The notes under the pieces were generated by a model. That model was not told the origin of the DNA. It saw only the letters and a list, made by a program, of their open reading frames with translations, and did no database searches. A DNA stretch of 64,000 bases. Source: Amoebophrya sp. A120 (Eukaryota; Protista; Dinoflagellata). The DNA is taken from assembly GCA_905178155.1 (NCBI GenBank), contig CAJINV010000017.1, forward strand, positions 1,596,269-1,660,268. Direction: 5' to 3'. Both the position numbers and the translations under genes were made by a program. Positions 52,298-64,000 of this stretch are shown here, piece after piece. The first letter of the stretch is position 1, and each line of letters starts with the position of its first letter.

Positions 52298-55200
52298 ATG
52301 ACCGCAGTCGCTCCAGAAAAGCCCGGCTCCGGAAGCGGTATGAACAAATGCGATGAAAAACAAACGCTTTTTTTGTCATGTTACGGAAGAGGTGCATAGA
52401 TGCCACCACACTCTTGCAGCTGCCATGTGAATAATTTGTCACCTAGCTACTCCACCTACTTCATCACTTTCAATTTCAAAGTTGAACGTAAACTCCCACT
52501 CCCGCAGGCTCTTTCCACCACCCCTCCTCTGGTGCCTCTACCGCCGTATCCACAGTGAAGAATTCCCATGCACGCACAAATTGCGCTCTTGCATGGAAAA
52601 GGTTGTCTGCAGCTGCTACCCGTACTGCTACACTACAAATCAGCATTCTATTACAGGTAGAGGAAATTCAGACTATGTCTAGGTCTATGAGCACTTATTA
52701 GCTTGAAGAGAGAAAAAATTGTCATGCATTCAGTGCGTGCTGCACAGGAAATTTGACTCGCATACGCCAACCGCGCCGACTATGCGCCAGTATCGCAGAT
52801 CTGCAGCTTCGGCCGGCAAGAGTTCGAGGATGCGCAGTTTTATGCGCTGTAAAAGTATCGCACTCGTACTAATTGCAGTAGAGGCAAATCAGCATCTACA
52901 AGTTCTATTCTATTTCTCATTCTCATCCTGCGTGATCTGATCGATCCTGCTGATGCACTTGATTGTACTGGTGCGATAACGATATTTTTGCAATGCATAA
53001 GTTTGCGGCGCAGACGAAAGAAAAGCTGAAAATCCTGAACAAGGTGATGGAAAGAGAAGGCGATTACGACATCATTTTTCTCATCCTGATCATGGTGAAC
53101 TTGCTCATTATCGGTATCGAAACCGACGTGCAGCACGACCGGAAACAGTCAATCGGTAACGAAAACTTCCAGGACGCGATAACAGATAACCCATTTTTCT
53201 GGATCGAATGTTTTTTCCTGTTCGCGTTCACCGTGGAGCTAATTCTCCGATACCGAAATTGGAAAAGGAAAAGCAATTTAGCGGCGGAAGAAGAGGAGGA
53301 ACCGTTCGAGGCAGAACAAGTAGAAATGGAGCAGGACAAGGTCGTTAACATAGCAGCGCTGGAAGATTGGGATCAGAAAATCAATCCTCAAGTGGGTCAA
53401 GAACATCTTGCAGACGGCGCGTCTTCAATGCCGAATACAACAACGCAACAGAAAAGTGAAAATCAGAATGAACACCAGAAACCTCCTCCGAGCCCCGGGG
53501 TCGTACTCGTAGGAGACAACGCCAATCCCGCAGTCAGGTTGAATATGGAGGCAGGCACGACACCAGGAGCTCTTGTTGTTTCACCACCAGCGGCAGTAGA
53601 AATAATGCACCAGACGCCGAAAACTCCAAACCTGCTGGCTGGAAATCACACGTCGACAACATCTATTCACCACCATCAATCTGCCTCAAAGCAGGCCCCT
53701 TTATTCAACAAACTTTCGAACTATCAACTGCAAAAGTGTCTGGGTCTGGAAGAATGCCACGCGGGTCTTCCATGACCCTTGAGGTCTGGTATGTAGGACA
53801 TAGCATGACAGATTCTGTGAGAGTTCTATCATGCCTATCCTGCATGAGAAACTGCCTCTCGATTAGGGCAAAAGTGGACAGCTTATGGTAATCATCATGC
53901 AACACAGATTTTTACATGATTCAGATTTAGCATGACAAGTTGCTTTGATCCAGACCCAGACATTTTTGCATTTGATACGAACAAGGAGAGTCACATTTCC
54001 AAGATAACGAGTTCCTCGATCTCCGGCTTACCCCCCTCGTCCTTCCTATCCTGAGTAAAAACGTACCCACACCAGAGTTGTAATGCAAATCTGCATGCTG
54101 AAAATGTTTCTCATGCGGAGCCCCATGTGAAGCATTTTCTAGTCGTGTTTTGCAATTTGTCATGCTCCAATCAGCATGGTATGCTAGATCTGTGATGCTG
54201 CTGAGCTAGCTCAAACAGCACTACACTACGAATCCAAATTTGTCATGCAAAACAGCCAAAGCCTGTGGATTTGTCTAGCCGATTAGCCATCTTGACTATG
54301 GTGTGGGTACGTTTTTACTCAGGATACTTCCAACCGAGTAACCACTCCGCAATGAAAACTACAAGCGCATCGAATTATCAGAATGCAGCCAGTAGTACCA
54401 AACTTGGCTCGAGGTCGTGTTCACGGCCAAACGTGTTTGTGACGGAAAACGACTTGACACTGGGGGCGAATTTTGGAAACGTGTTGAAACTGTCCAACAA
54501 ATCGTTTTTACCCGGAGGAGGTGCTGGCGGGGGACCGCATTCTGCGTCGAAAACTGCGAAGAAGCAGCTGATGTCCCGAGCCGGCACGGAAAAATTCGAG
54601 CTGACCAGCCGAGCAAAAACAAACAGCTTTGACCTGTACGACGACGATTTCACTGGTGGGGAGAGAAGAGACGCGGATGTCTTCAGTAGCAGCGGGGGAG
54701 GCAAGACTTGCGCGGGTAAATATGAAATAAGTACAAATTACTGTATTCAGTTCCTTAGTTAATCTTAATCTTGCACCTTTTTGTATCGTATACATTTTTG
54801 TACACGATTCATCCTCCATTGTCGGCGAGCAGCAAGAACGTCAATTGCGTGAAAATTCCTCTCGTCGAAAATTCCAAGGTCGTTGCGTCCACCGAACGAA
54901 ACACTGCGTGCGCATCGCAATAGACAATGCGTGGACGGTGTTTGACACGTTTATCGTTCTGTGCTCCTTCGTGGACCTACTCGTTCTTCTAACTACCTGC
55001 TCGTCCTCCACCTCCTGCCGCGATTATCCAGGAAAAAACACCCATCCCAGCATCCAATTGATCACCTGTAGTCATGCAAAACACGCATAAAGTGCTGTAC
55101 ATGTCACGCAAAAAATGGACGATGGGGATGCGTTTTTTTCATCTGTGGATAGCGATGACCTCTCCTCTATTGCGATCTTCCGTCTTCTCCGCATCATGCG

Positions 55201-57235
55201 CGTGTTCCGAACGGTCAAGCTCCTCCGCTACTGCAAGTCCCTCTGGCTGCTCTGCCACGGGCTGGTGGCGGCGTTTCGCACGATAATGTGGATCGCGGCG
55301 CTCTTGTGCTTTCTGATTTACGCCAGTGCGATTTTTTTGACCCGGCTGATTGGGCACGACGAGGATTTCTGCAATGCCGAGCCGAAAATCGAGTGGTACT
55401 ACGGAACCGTGCTGCAGTCGATGTACTCGCTCTTCATCGTTCTCACGCTGGAGCAGTGGCCGGAGCGCGCGGAGCCGGTCATCCGGGCGGTCGGACCCGG
55501 GATGGCATTTTTTTTCATTTTCTACATCATCGTGACCAATTTCACGGTTTTAAACCTGGTCGTGGGTGTCATCTGCGAAAACATCCAGAGTCTGGCCTCG
55601 ACCAGCGACTTGGATTTGATGAGACAGGTACAAGATTTACTTCATGTCAGATCAACTTGCTGCAAGTGATACTTATCATGATTCCCAAGCATGATTCTCC
55701 TTCTCCTGGCAGAACAAGTGTTTATTGTCTTTTTGTAGTTATGCGGAATTTTTTCTGGCTTGAAAATTAATACCAGGAACCAGTTGAGGGCGAATTGTAC
55801 TGGTTCCTGGTATCTTCAAGCCAGACTGGCTCTCGTCCTGCAGCTATGGCTATGCATCGACTGGTGGCAACATGACAGACTTTTATGAAAATGATGATCT
55901 CAGGTCCAGCAAGACCGGCGGTTAATGCAGGAGAAGCTGCTGGAAATTTTCTGCGAACTGGACATCGACAAGAACGGTGAATTATGGATTGCAAATATCC
56001 CTGGATGTCTGAAAGGTGGAAACTTGTCATGGTAAATCTGAAGCATGCAAAAATCTATGTTGCATGAGTGCCAAAAGCTGTCCACTTTTAACCAGGTTGG
56101 GAGGGAGTAGTATCTCATGCAGGATAGGCATGGTAGAGACCCCACAGAGTCTGTCATGCTAGGTCCCGCATTCCAGACCTCATGGGTCATGGAAAATCTG
56201 CATGACAAGTTAACATTCTTCCGGACCCAGACATTTTTGTGCTTGATATGAATTGTCGAAAGAGGAACTTACCCAGTCCCTGAACGATTCCCAAATCCGT
56301 GCGATTCTGTCGAAAAACGAAATCCAAGACGAGGAATTGCACTGGCTGTTCGAGGTCTTGGACCGGGACGGCAGTGAGACGCTGACCATCGAGGAGTTTG
56401 TCAACGGGGTCATGGCGTTGAAATCCAGTGAGCAGGCGAGAGACCTCGTGTCGATGCAGTACACAAAAATTAGCCTCCTTTTATTTTCAACCTGTTTTTT
56501 ATCAAGAACCTATATTCGCTTCTTGCAGAGAAGATTGCTGAGCGCCTTTTTTTCTAAGTCGCAACATCAAAAAAGGAAAAAGCAAACAAGCGGCTCATTT
56601 TCTTATGCCAGCAACAGCATGATCTGGTAAACGAATACAACAGGTACACTCTGGTAAAAGAGTTCAACACACTCTCCAAATCGCACGAGCAGAAGGTTGA
56701 GGCATTAGATAAGGAAGTGCAGGACTTGAAGCAGGAGCTCTGGCGTCACATGGACAAGTCCGTGACTAGAGCGATTAAGGAGGTGCTGTCGGAAAGTAAC
56801 GTGAAAACGAAGGCGGGAAGAAAAAAGAGATCGACCAGAACATCAAAAACGAAGTCAGCAAACGGTTGCACGAACAAACCTCCGGCAGGTGAAGATGGGA
56901 AAAATCCCGCCGGCGCAGTGCAGAAACCGAAAAAGACAAAAAGACCAAACAGTAGTAGCCGACAAAGGACGATTGAAGCGGCCAACGCGCAAGTGGACAA
57001 AGGAGAAAATAGACCAGGAATCACGTCCGAAACGGCAGGCGGTGGCGTGGGTGGCCACCAACTAGTACCCGGCGTAGAAGATGTCCCGGCGATAACAGTG
57101 ACTGGCACGCCAAGACGAGACCCACCACCAGCGGTTGACGTTTCTAGCCGCGGCCGCACCGTGGAAGCGAACAGCTCGTCCTGTGAACGGAACAAAAACG
57201 CAAAAAGTCCACGACCACCCAAGCCAAAGGGATAA
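52298..57235 (+). CDS. Single-domain voltage-gated cation channel (BacNav/EukCat-like) with two EF-hands and a coiled coil
   Basis: S4 FRLLRIMRVFRTVKLLR, pore TLEQW, S6 NLVVGVICEN, EF-hands DIDKNGELSKEE and DRDGSETLTIEE. GT-AG introns 52338-52507, 54716-54878, 55628-55903, 56459-56643 plus six introners. Confidence 0.9.
52547..52764. mobile_element. Degenerate introner
   Basis: TATCCACAGTGAAGAATTCCCATGCACGCAC...GTGCGTGCTGCACAGGAAATTTGACTCGCATA, TSD CGCCG/CGCCA. Removal restores the frame. Confidence 0.75.
52841..52999. mobile_element. Introner, family F1 (diverged)
   Basis: TATGCGCTGTAAAAGTATCGCACTCGTAC...GATATTTTTGCAATGCATA, TSD AGTTT. Confidence 0.85.
53722..53977. mobile_element. Introner, family F2
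   Basis: TATCAACTGCAAAAGTGTCTGGGTCTGGA...TCCAGACCCAGACATTTTTGCATTTGATA, TSD CGAAC. Confidence 0.92.
54047..54326. mobile_element. Introner, family F5
   Basis: Perfect TIR TATCCTGAGTAAAAACGTACCCACACCA, TSD CTTCC. Highly similar to 61605-61872. Confidence 0.95.
55025..55151. mobile_element. Introner, family F4
   Basis: TATCCAGGAAAAAACACCCATCCC...GATGGGGATGCGTTTTTTTCATCTGTGGATA, TSD GCGAT. Confidence 0.9.
55983..56248. mobile_element. Introner, family F2 (reverse orientation to 53722)
   Basis: TSD TGAAT. The interior is the reverse complement of the 53722 element. Removal restores the EF-hand DIDKNGE-LSKEE. Confidence 0.9.
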
Positions 57236-59314
57236 AGAAGTAGATTTCAGCGCTTCGATCTTCGCAGGAGCCGGTGCTGGTACAGGGACTGACATATGTT
57301 CTTGAAGGACAACAGTTCGTGACGCCTCTAGATCGGACGGGTTTTAATTTCGCTTTAGCTATGTTTATGTTTTCCTTTTTAGAATCAAACCACAAGAGAC
57401 ACAAAATCAAGACAGAACCAGATCCAGAAATAGAGATGAAAGTAGACTGTATTTCTAGACTCCAGATGTTAAGTAAATATCTGTTGTAACGACTGGCCTC
57501 ATGTAGAATCAGTTTCTTGCTCGCCCCGCCCTGAGCAGTAGACAGAATTAGAAAAGTGTGAAGCTGGTCTAGTAACGTATTTACAAGCTCCTCAACACTA
57601 TTAAATATGATATCGAGTTTCAGACTGCATTCGAAATCACTAGAAGCGTCCTCCCGGTCCACCCGCTTCGGATTTTTATTAGCGCTTCGATTTGTATTTG
57701 TTGTAGCCATAATATTTTTTTCACTTTCACCTCTTTATGCTCTTGCAACAGAAATATTTTTTCACGTATCGTTTTCATTTTCACATGTACTTTAGATTTT
57801 GTGAAGCTTTTTTTATATACGCATAATCTCGTCACAGTGATATTGCAAGAGAGGCATGACGCTCTGCTTTTCTATTTCTACTGTGGAGGTTCTGTATGGA
57901 TAATTATCATCCGTAGTACCTGACTCCATGAAAACATGAACTTGTGTTGTGGAGGTAGTGGTGGTCACGTCTATGTTCGTCTTACCACATGTTGCCAAAA
58001 ATTGACTGTCAACGGTCGCGTGGGCATATTGTTGTAATTACTAGAACAAGAAGGGGTCCTCTGCTCTTCATAGCAGCATGATTTGTTATTGGCATTGTTT
58101 TACTTTTGTGTCCTCAGGAAGGTCATGATTGCCAAGCAAGAAGCCGTGCTTATGTCAACGTCTTCGTGCGGCCGCTTTTCCTCTCCGAGGAGTGGTAAGC
58201 AGGGACACGATCTGTACTCTCTCTGAGATGAGGGCATAGCCGCGTACTGCTTGTACAGCAATTATGTGCTTTATCTTTTCCAACAATTGTTTTGTGCATA
58301 TTTATTAGTAAGCTTTCTTTTAGCATTACCATAGCATGTTGATACATAAATTTTCCACTGTTGCAAGTTGTGATTTCTATCATGAAGGGGTATATGATGA
58401 TGCGAAGACCCAAGGTATTCTCTCCCTCGTGTTTCATTTGAAATAGATACTCAGCTCCTCAACTCCGCTCGCATCTATATTTTGCACGAATTTTTAAGCA
58501 CTGGATCAGCCTCGTCTTCATCGGTGGCATGATGATATTGAAAAGCGCCATGGCCACCACTTTACACCACCGCACAAACATCTTCACGAGTGTGTAACTA
58601 GTTATAGTTTACCACGACGTGGCGCGGAGGTCCTCCTCGCAGTCGTGTGACTGTGTATGAAACGCGAAAGCGAGCGCATTCGGATGAATTTGAATCGCGA
58701 TAAGAACTACAAGAGCAAAACAGTTCGTTTGAAGAAAAGCGACCTGAACGACGATGCTGTGTCGTCTCTTGTCATGAAACTCAGATGATACGTTGTCACG
58801 GATCATGAAAGAGAAAGCCGTTGTGAATAACGAAATTCAAAAGATCAAAGACCAAATGAAGAAAGACGACGCATTTATTGTTGTCCACTGAAGCTCTGGA
58901 AGATCCATGTCACTTTCCTTCTGTAATTGAGAAGATCTTGAAACCTCGTCCACAAACAACAAAGATCTCCCAAGCTGCAACACGCTGAAAGTTGCCGATT
59001 TTGCAACCTAAAGGTAAAAGAAAGTTGCATTTCAAAGATGATCCACTTTTATTTTTTGACAATTTGATGGAAGTTTTTGTTTTACCTCCTAGTACGTTTT
59101 TCGCTCCTTGCTACGATTGACGACAAGCCTCAACGTCTTTGAAACATTCCTTCACCCGCAGGAGTCTACAACAAGTTGTAAGGAAGTATACCTCGAGCTC
59201 GAACCTCGTCCATTTGTCTCCTGCTAGACAGTCTAATTCGCACCTGCATTTAATATCTCTTCTTTGTTAAACGCGCACCACTGCTCTCATCTGTTCACTC
59301 GCGATTCGTCCACA

Positions 59315-62300
59315 ATGTCGAATGTTCAAGAAGAGACCAAACAGGTTGAGCAGACCGCTCCAAAGATCGTGGAATCAAAGAATGACATCGCCGCGGTAGA
59401 GCAGAAGGACCAAGACACCACACCGACCGCGGCCGCTGCGCAGTCCCCCGCTACAACCTCCGCAAATTCCTCTCCGGTCGAAGTTAAGGAGGCGGAACAG
59501 ACTAACAAGCGACCGGCGGAACAAGCTGCCGAGGCTGTGAACAAGCCAGAAGCAGAGGTCGAGAACAAGGACAACTCTTGCTGCGCGACGGGCGCGTGCG
59601 AAGAAACAACTAAGGCCGACGAGGAGAAACCCTCTGAAGCGAAGATGGCAGAACCGGCGGCAAAACTGCGTAAAACCGACGATGGAAAGGCCGTCGATGA
59701 CAATCGCATGCAGGAGATCAAAAAACAGGTATTGAAGGATTTTTCTCGACGTTTGGGCGTTTATTTCATCATGATGTCCCGCCGATGATGAAATTGTATT
59801 GCAGACACACCTACCCTGGTAGAACCTTTTCGTGGAGTGACTGGAGGGAGTTTCCCCCCGTCCGTTTGTGTATATGGGCTGGCAGATCCCTAGAAGCTAA
59901 TGCCTGGAGTTGTTGGTCTTCCGCCCCTCTGAGTGGGGTCGGGGAAGGAGCCAACGCGGACGTAGTCCGCAGAATTCGCTGGATAGTTTGCTTTGTGATG
60001 GATTCACATCGTTTTTGTGTTCTAATGGATGGTAGCTCATGTGCTCTGAGTGCACCACAGTGCCATTCCGCCATTGTGGGCGCCTCCCAGCGGGGAGGGG
60101 GGTTTGGGAAGTTCGCGTTCTAATGAATGGTAGCTCATGTGCTCAGAGTGCACCGCAGTGCCATTCCACCAAAGAGGGTGCTCCCCAGCGGGGGAGAGTT
60201 AGTTCGGAAAGACCTTTGAGGGCACCGCCAGGGAGAGCTCCCTCCAGCAGGAGGGGTTTGCGGAGATTCATCGTGGGGCGAGGTCCCAGTGGGGAGACGT
60301 AAAATGTTGCTGGGCTGTTTCGGATGGATCCTGCTTTACTGTAGGAGGAACAGGAGCGCGGACGTACAGGAGTCCATCACGACAGAAGTTTTCGGCATAC
60401 TTCGTATGAATGCCTGCTCTTATTTTTAGGGCCTAACGGGGGCGAAGTCGCTCGTGTGGATTTAGGCACCGGTGGCAGGACCTATTTTGCGTTGAAGGAA
60501 GGTCTATCGTATCAGGATCCTGGTTCGCCGCGTAGACTCAGGGCGCCACAGGAAGCAGTGGCTAGCCACGGGAGGGGCCCCAGCGAGAGCCAGGGGGGTA
60601 CGCAGGTGCCAGGCGAGGGCAACAGCTTAGTTGGAGAGCTGCCCCTGTGCACATAGGTATTGTTAGTTTTGCCAGTGCCCGCCGGTCGAGGTGAACTTCC
60701 CTACGGGGACGGTCCCAGAGGCACTCTACCGCGGAGTTGCCGACGCCGCTAGGTTTGGATATAAGGGCGGCTCCAACGGAGCAGGGGCCGCGGGGATTGC
60801 TCTACAAGGCATTTACCAGCTTCGCTCTTCCAGTGGCTTCGGGGCCTGAGGTTTGAAGTCCTGCTTGGCGGGGATTGTCTGGGGGGCCCCCGACGTTCAG
60901 TTAGCCTCCGCGCGGGGGGATTTGAGGGCTTCTGCACCAGGGGAGCTCCGCTCCGTCCTCGGTCTCGCCTTGCTTTGGGAACAGGGGTCGTTTGGCACTG
61001 GCGGTATCCAATCCGTTACCCTTGCGAACTTGTTCCCAGGCTGGGGCTGGTGGTTCGGTGTCTCACTCCTTCGCCCGTCCTCTGTTCCCATTGCCGGGCG
61101 GGGCCGAGGTTTCTTCTTTTTGGTTCTTTACCCGCACCAGAATTTGTCTGTGGTACGTGCGTTGATGTTGCGGTATGGTCCCGCATGGCTGGGATTGAGC
61201 GGGTCTCGCTACTCGTGGAACCCTTGCGGGGATGGTGTTCGTGTTGGGGGGATCACCCACGTCGGGGTGTAGACGTACAAGAGGGCCTCGCGCTTGCCCG
61301 GGCCTATTGGCGGAGAGGCCCGCTGGTGGTTCTGGTTTCCTATTGGTCCGTTACAGGAGTACGGCTCTTACCACGTCGACTCCAACTCCATACCTTCGCT
61401 TTTGGTCGCTCGCTTCTGAGTTTGGGCGTTTTCATCATGATGTCCCGCCGATGATGAAATTTTTTGGAAGTGTCACGTCGATTGCAAGAATCACATGAAA
61501 ATTTTTTGAGTGTGATTTGATATCCGTTCGGGTTTATGCAATACAAATTCAACCAAATTTTCGAGGTCGAGTACTACCTGTCCGACAAGAATCTGAAGCA
61601 CGACTATCCGATTTAAAAACGTCCCCACCCCATAGTTGTAATGCAAATCTGCATGCTGAAAATGTTTCTCATGCGGAGCCCCATGAGAAGCATTTTCCAA
61701 TCGTGTTTTGAAATTAATCATGCTCCAATCAGCATGGTATGCTAGATCTGTGATGCTGCTGAGCTAGCTCAAACAGCACTATACTACGAATCCGAATTTG
61801 TCCAAAACTTGTGGATTTGTCTAGCCGATTCCCCATCTTGACTCTGGTGTGGGGACGTTTTTACTCAGGATAACGACGAGTTTTTCCACAACAAGATTTC
61901 CCAGGAGGAAAACGGTTTCCTGGAGATGGACGACATCCTGAAATGCAACAACATCAAAAACAAGCTGATGGTACGCAGTTTTCATCTTGTAAAATTGACA
62001 GTGAGTCACCTTTTTTCGACAATGTCAATGCTTCAGATCCCGCAGTATGGGTATGTATGTCAAGTCGTTGTTGCACTTGCAGTGATCACCTTGTCCGTTA
62101 CGACTACTTACCACGTCTACCATTTACTCATCACTCCAGGTAACCGACGGCGCAGAGATCTGCACTGCTCTGAAGAGCTCCGCAACGGTCGAGTGCGTGT
62201 GTGAAAACGAGAAGATGCGAATCCGCCGAAAGGACGGCAAGAAAACCCTGCCGAAGTTGGAGCCGCGCCCGGCCAAGGGCAAGGGAAAGGGGAAGGGAAA

Positions 62301-63925
62301 GGGCCAGCAGGTGCAGGACACCACAAACATCATTGACACCATGCAGTTCGAAAAAGACATCTTCAGATCTGGCCCGGTTTTGAGGTAAAATCTATAATGA
62401 AGTTGGTGATAACATCTTAATCTTTCACACTACGTTGAGCATGAAACAACAACTATTGGACCTTTTATAATTGCTGCACCTGCATACTCAGCATACGCTA
62501 AGACTCAGAGTAAGCTTTCCTAAATCCTATCCCCCCAAGAACTACTAGAAGCAGCTCCACCGGACACAATTCAATCCCGAAAAAACAGAATCACCGACCT
62601 TCCGGAGGGTATGCAGTGGAACGAGGTGAAGGGCGCTTTTTTGACGTACGTGAAAGAAAACAAGGACAACAAGGACTGTGCCTTCAGTCAGGCGAAGGTC
62701 ACGGGCCAGCACGGCGGCAAGGTGATGTCCGTTTCTAAGGTGTTGAGGGAGGCGGACAACGGGAAGGCCATCGGGGTCATCAGCAAGGACGACACGACGG
62801 CGGGCCCGAGAACCGTCTACGTCATGATCTCCGGGTTCCCGGGGGACATTTCGTATTTCAAAAACAACATGACGGAAATCAAAATCGAATTCAGAAAGAA
62901 GGAGGGGGAAGAAGCGAAAGGTACAACTTCGTGAACACTTTTGTCAGAAATGGAAATGTGCTAGTCGTGCATCTAAGAGTCTTCTTTTGGCATTCTTGCT
63001 TTTCGATTTCGATATATGCAAATCATCGTCAGGCGCTAGTTATTCACGCACCAGTTTCTGAGCTGCTGCGAACAAAGTTCACAAAAGTCATGTGTTGGGG
63101 TGGAAACCCTTAAGCGTTCCATGAACTACATAAAAGAAACCCCCTATTAAAAAATCCAAACCAGACCCGATCATCCGTCCGATCCAAGTGGTGACGGACA
63201 TCAAGCCGCTGAACAGCCTGTTTGAGAACCCGGAGGTGATGAATAAGGAGCAGAAGGAGCGCCGCAAGCGCGTGGCCCACGAGCGCAGCAAGCAGCAGCG
63301 CGAGAAGGGCGAGGGCAAGATTGTCGTGGGAAATGTGATGACCTTCGAGAACCTGCAGAAGCTGAAGGCCCACGTCCGCCAGATTCAGCAGGCCCGGAAG
63401 GACGGGGACGTGCTGGATAGCACCAAGAAGGACTTCAAGCTCATCGCCACCCTGCTGGACGCGCACCCGCGCGGCAAGGCCAAGAAGGAAAACATGTCGG
63501 GGCTGAAGATCGACATCTCCGAGCAGGGCAACAACCGCTGCTTCTGGGTCATGAAAAAGGACGGCTCCAAGGAAGATTTTTCCATGATCAAAATCTACGA
63601 CGAGCTGGAACGGAACGTGAAACTCCTGGCCGACGCAAAAGCCCCGGTTATGGAGGCGGAGGAACAAGCACCTGCTGGTTCCAGCTCTGCAGCTTCGGCT
63701 CCTGCGGAGGTCGTCGCAAAGGAAGGCGAACACAAGGAGGCCGCAGCAGCTGTTGTCAAAATTACGGAGGAAGGTGAAGCTGCTGCTGCTGCACCGACTC
63801 CCGCTGCTCCGGCCGCAGAAGAGGCGAAGAAGCCCGAGGAGGAAAAGGCTGCTGTTGTTGATGCTCCGAAGAAAGAAAAGGCTGACGAAAAAGATGCGGA
63901 AATGAAGCCGGCGGGAGCTGCTTAA
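59315..63925 (+). CDS. La-motif RNA-binding protein with RRM-like region and C-terminal DUF3223 (DCL-like) domain
   Basis: IKKQ|VEYYLSDKNLKHD|EFFHNKI (La motif), LRITDLPEG (RRM-like), HPRGKAK..NRCFWVMKKDGSKEDFS (DUF3223-like). Introns 59729-61565, 61971-62139, 62385-62588, 62921-63164 and the introner at 61605. Confidence 0.85.
59751..61461. mobile_element. GC-rich non-coding insert bounded by ~42-45-bp direct repeats, inside La intron 1
   Basis: GTTTGGGCGTT(TAT)TTCATCATGATGTCCCGCCGATGATGAAATT at 59751-59795 and 61420-61461. Internal ~98-bp tandem duplication at 60019-60197. Confidence 0.7.
61605..61872. mobile_element. Introner, family F5
   Basis: TATCCGATTTAAAAACGTCCCCAC...GTGGGGACGTTTTTACTCAGGATA, TSD ACGAC. 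Interrupts the La motif. Confidence 0.93.
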
Positions 63926-64000
63926 AAAGTCTTTTTCCGCTGTACATGACGAACAAGTGAAATACTTCCTAGACGACTGAAGGAAATCCCTCGACTTGCA

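Noticed and set aside
59785-61498. ORFs within the La-intron insert
   Set aside because: Short, overlapping, with no recognisable gag/pol/transposase motifs.

Overview
Gene-dense eukaryotic (protist) genomic DNA. All credible genes lie on the + strand and most are split by introns. Genes I can reconstruct: a ~2,750-aa U-box/ankyrin protein, a GT11/GT23-like fucosyltransferase, cystathionine beta-synthase, a HAD-family protein, a DGAT2/MOGAT acyltransferase, a Stealth-family phosphotransferase, a single-domain voltage-gated cation channel with EF-hands, a La-motif/RRM/DUF3223 protein, and several hypothetical proteins. About 21 insertions of 109-1137 bp interrupt coding sequence. They have TAT...ATA terminal inverted repeats (TIRs) and mostly 5-bp target-site duplications (TSDs), and removing them restores the reading frame, usually without GT-AG ends. 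This matches the introner elements described in the parasitic dinoflagellate Amoebophrya (Syndiniales); the taxon is an inference. Structures the gene models do not explain: (i) a perfect 41-bp repeat occurring four times at ~1.03-1.09 kb intervals with unrelated non-coding spacers (24565-27796); (ii) an analogous ~1.6-kb insert bounded by ~42-45-bp hairpin-containing direct repeats inside a La-gene intron; (iii) a 1,137-bp foldback hairpin acting as an intron; (iv) apparent intermediates between introners and canonical introns. All coordinates were read by eye.
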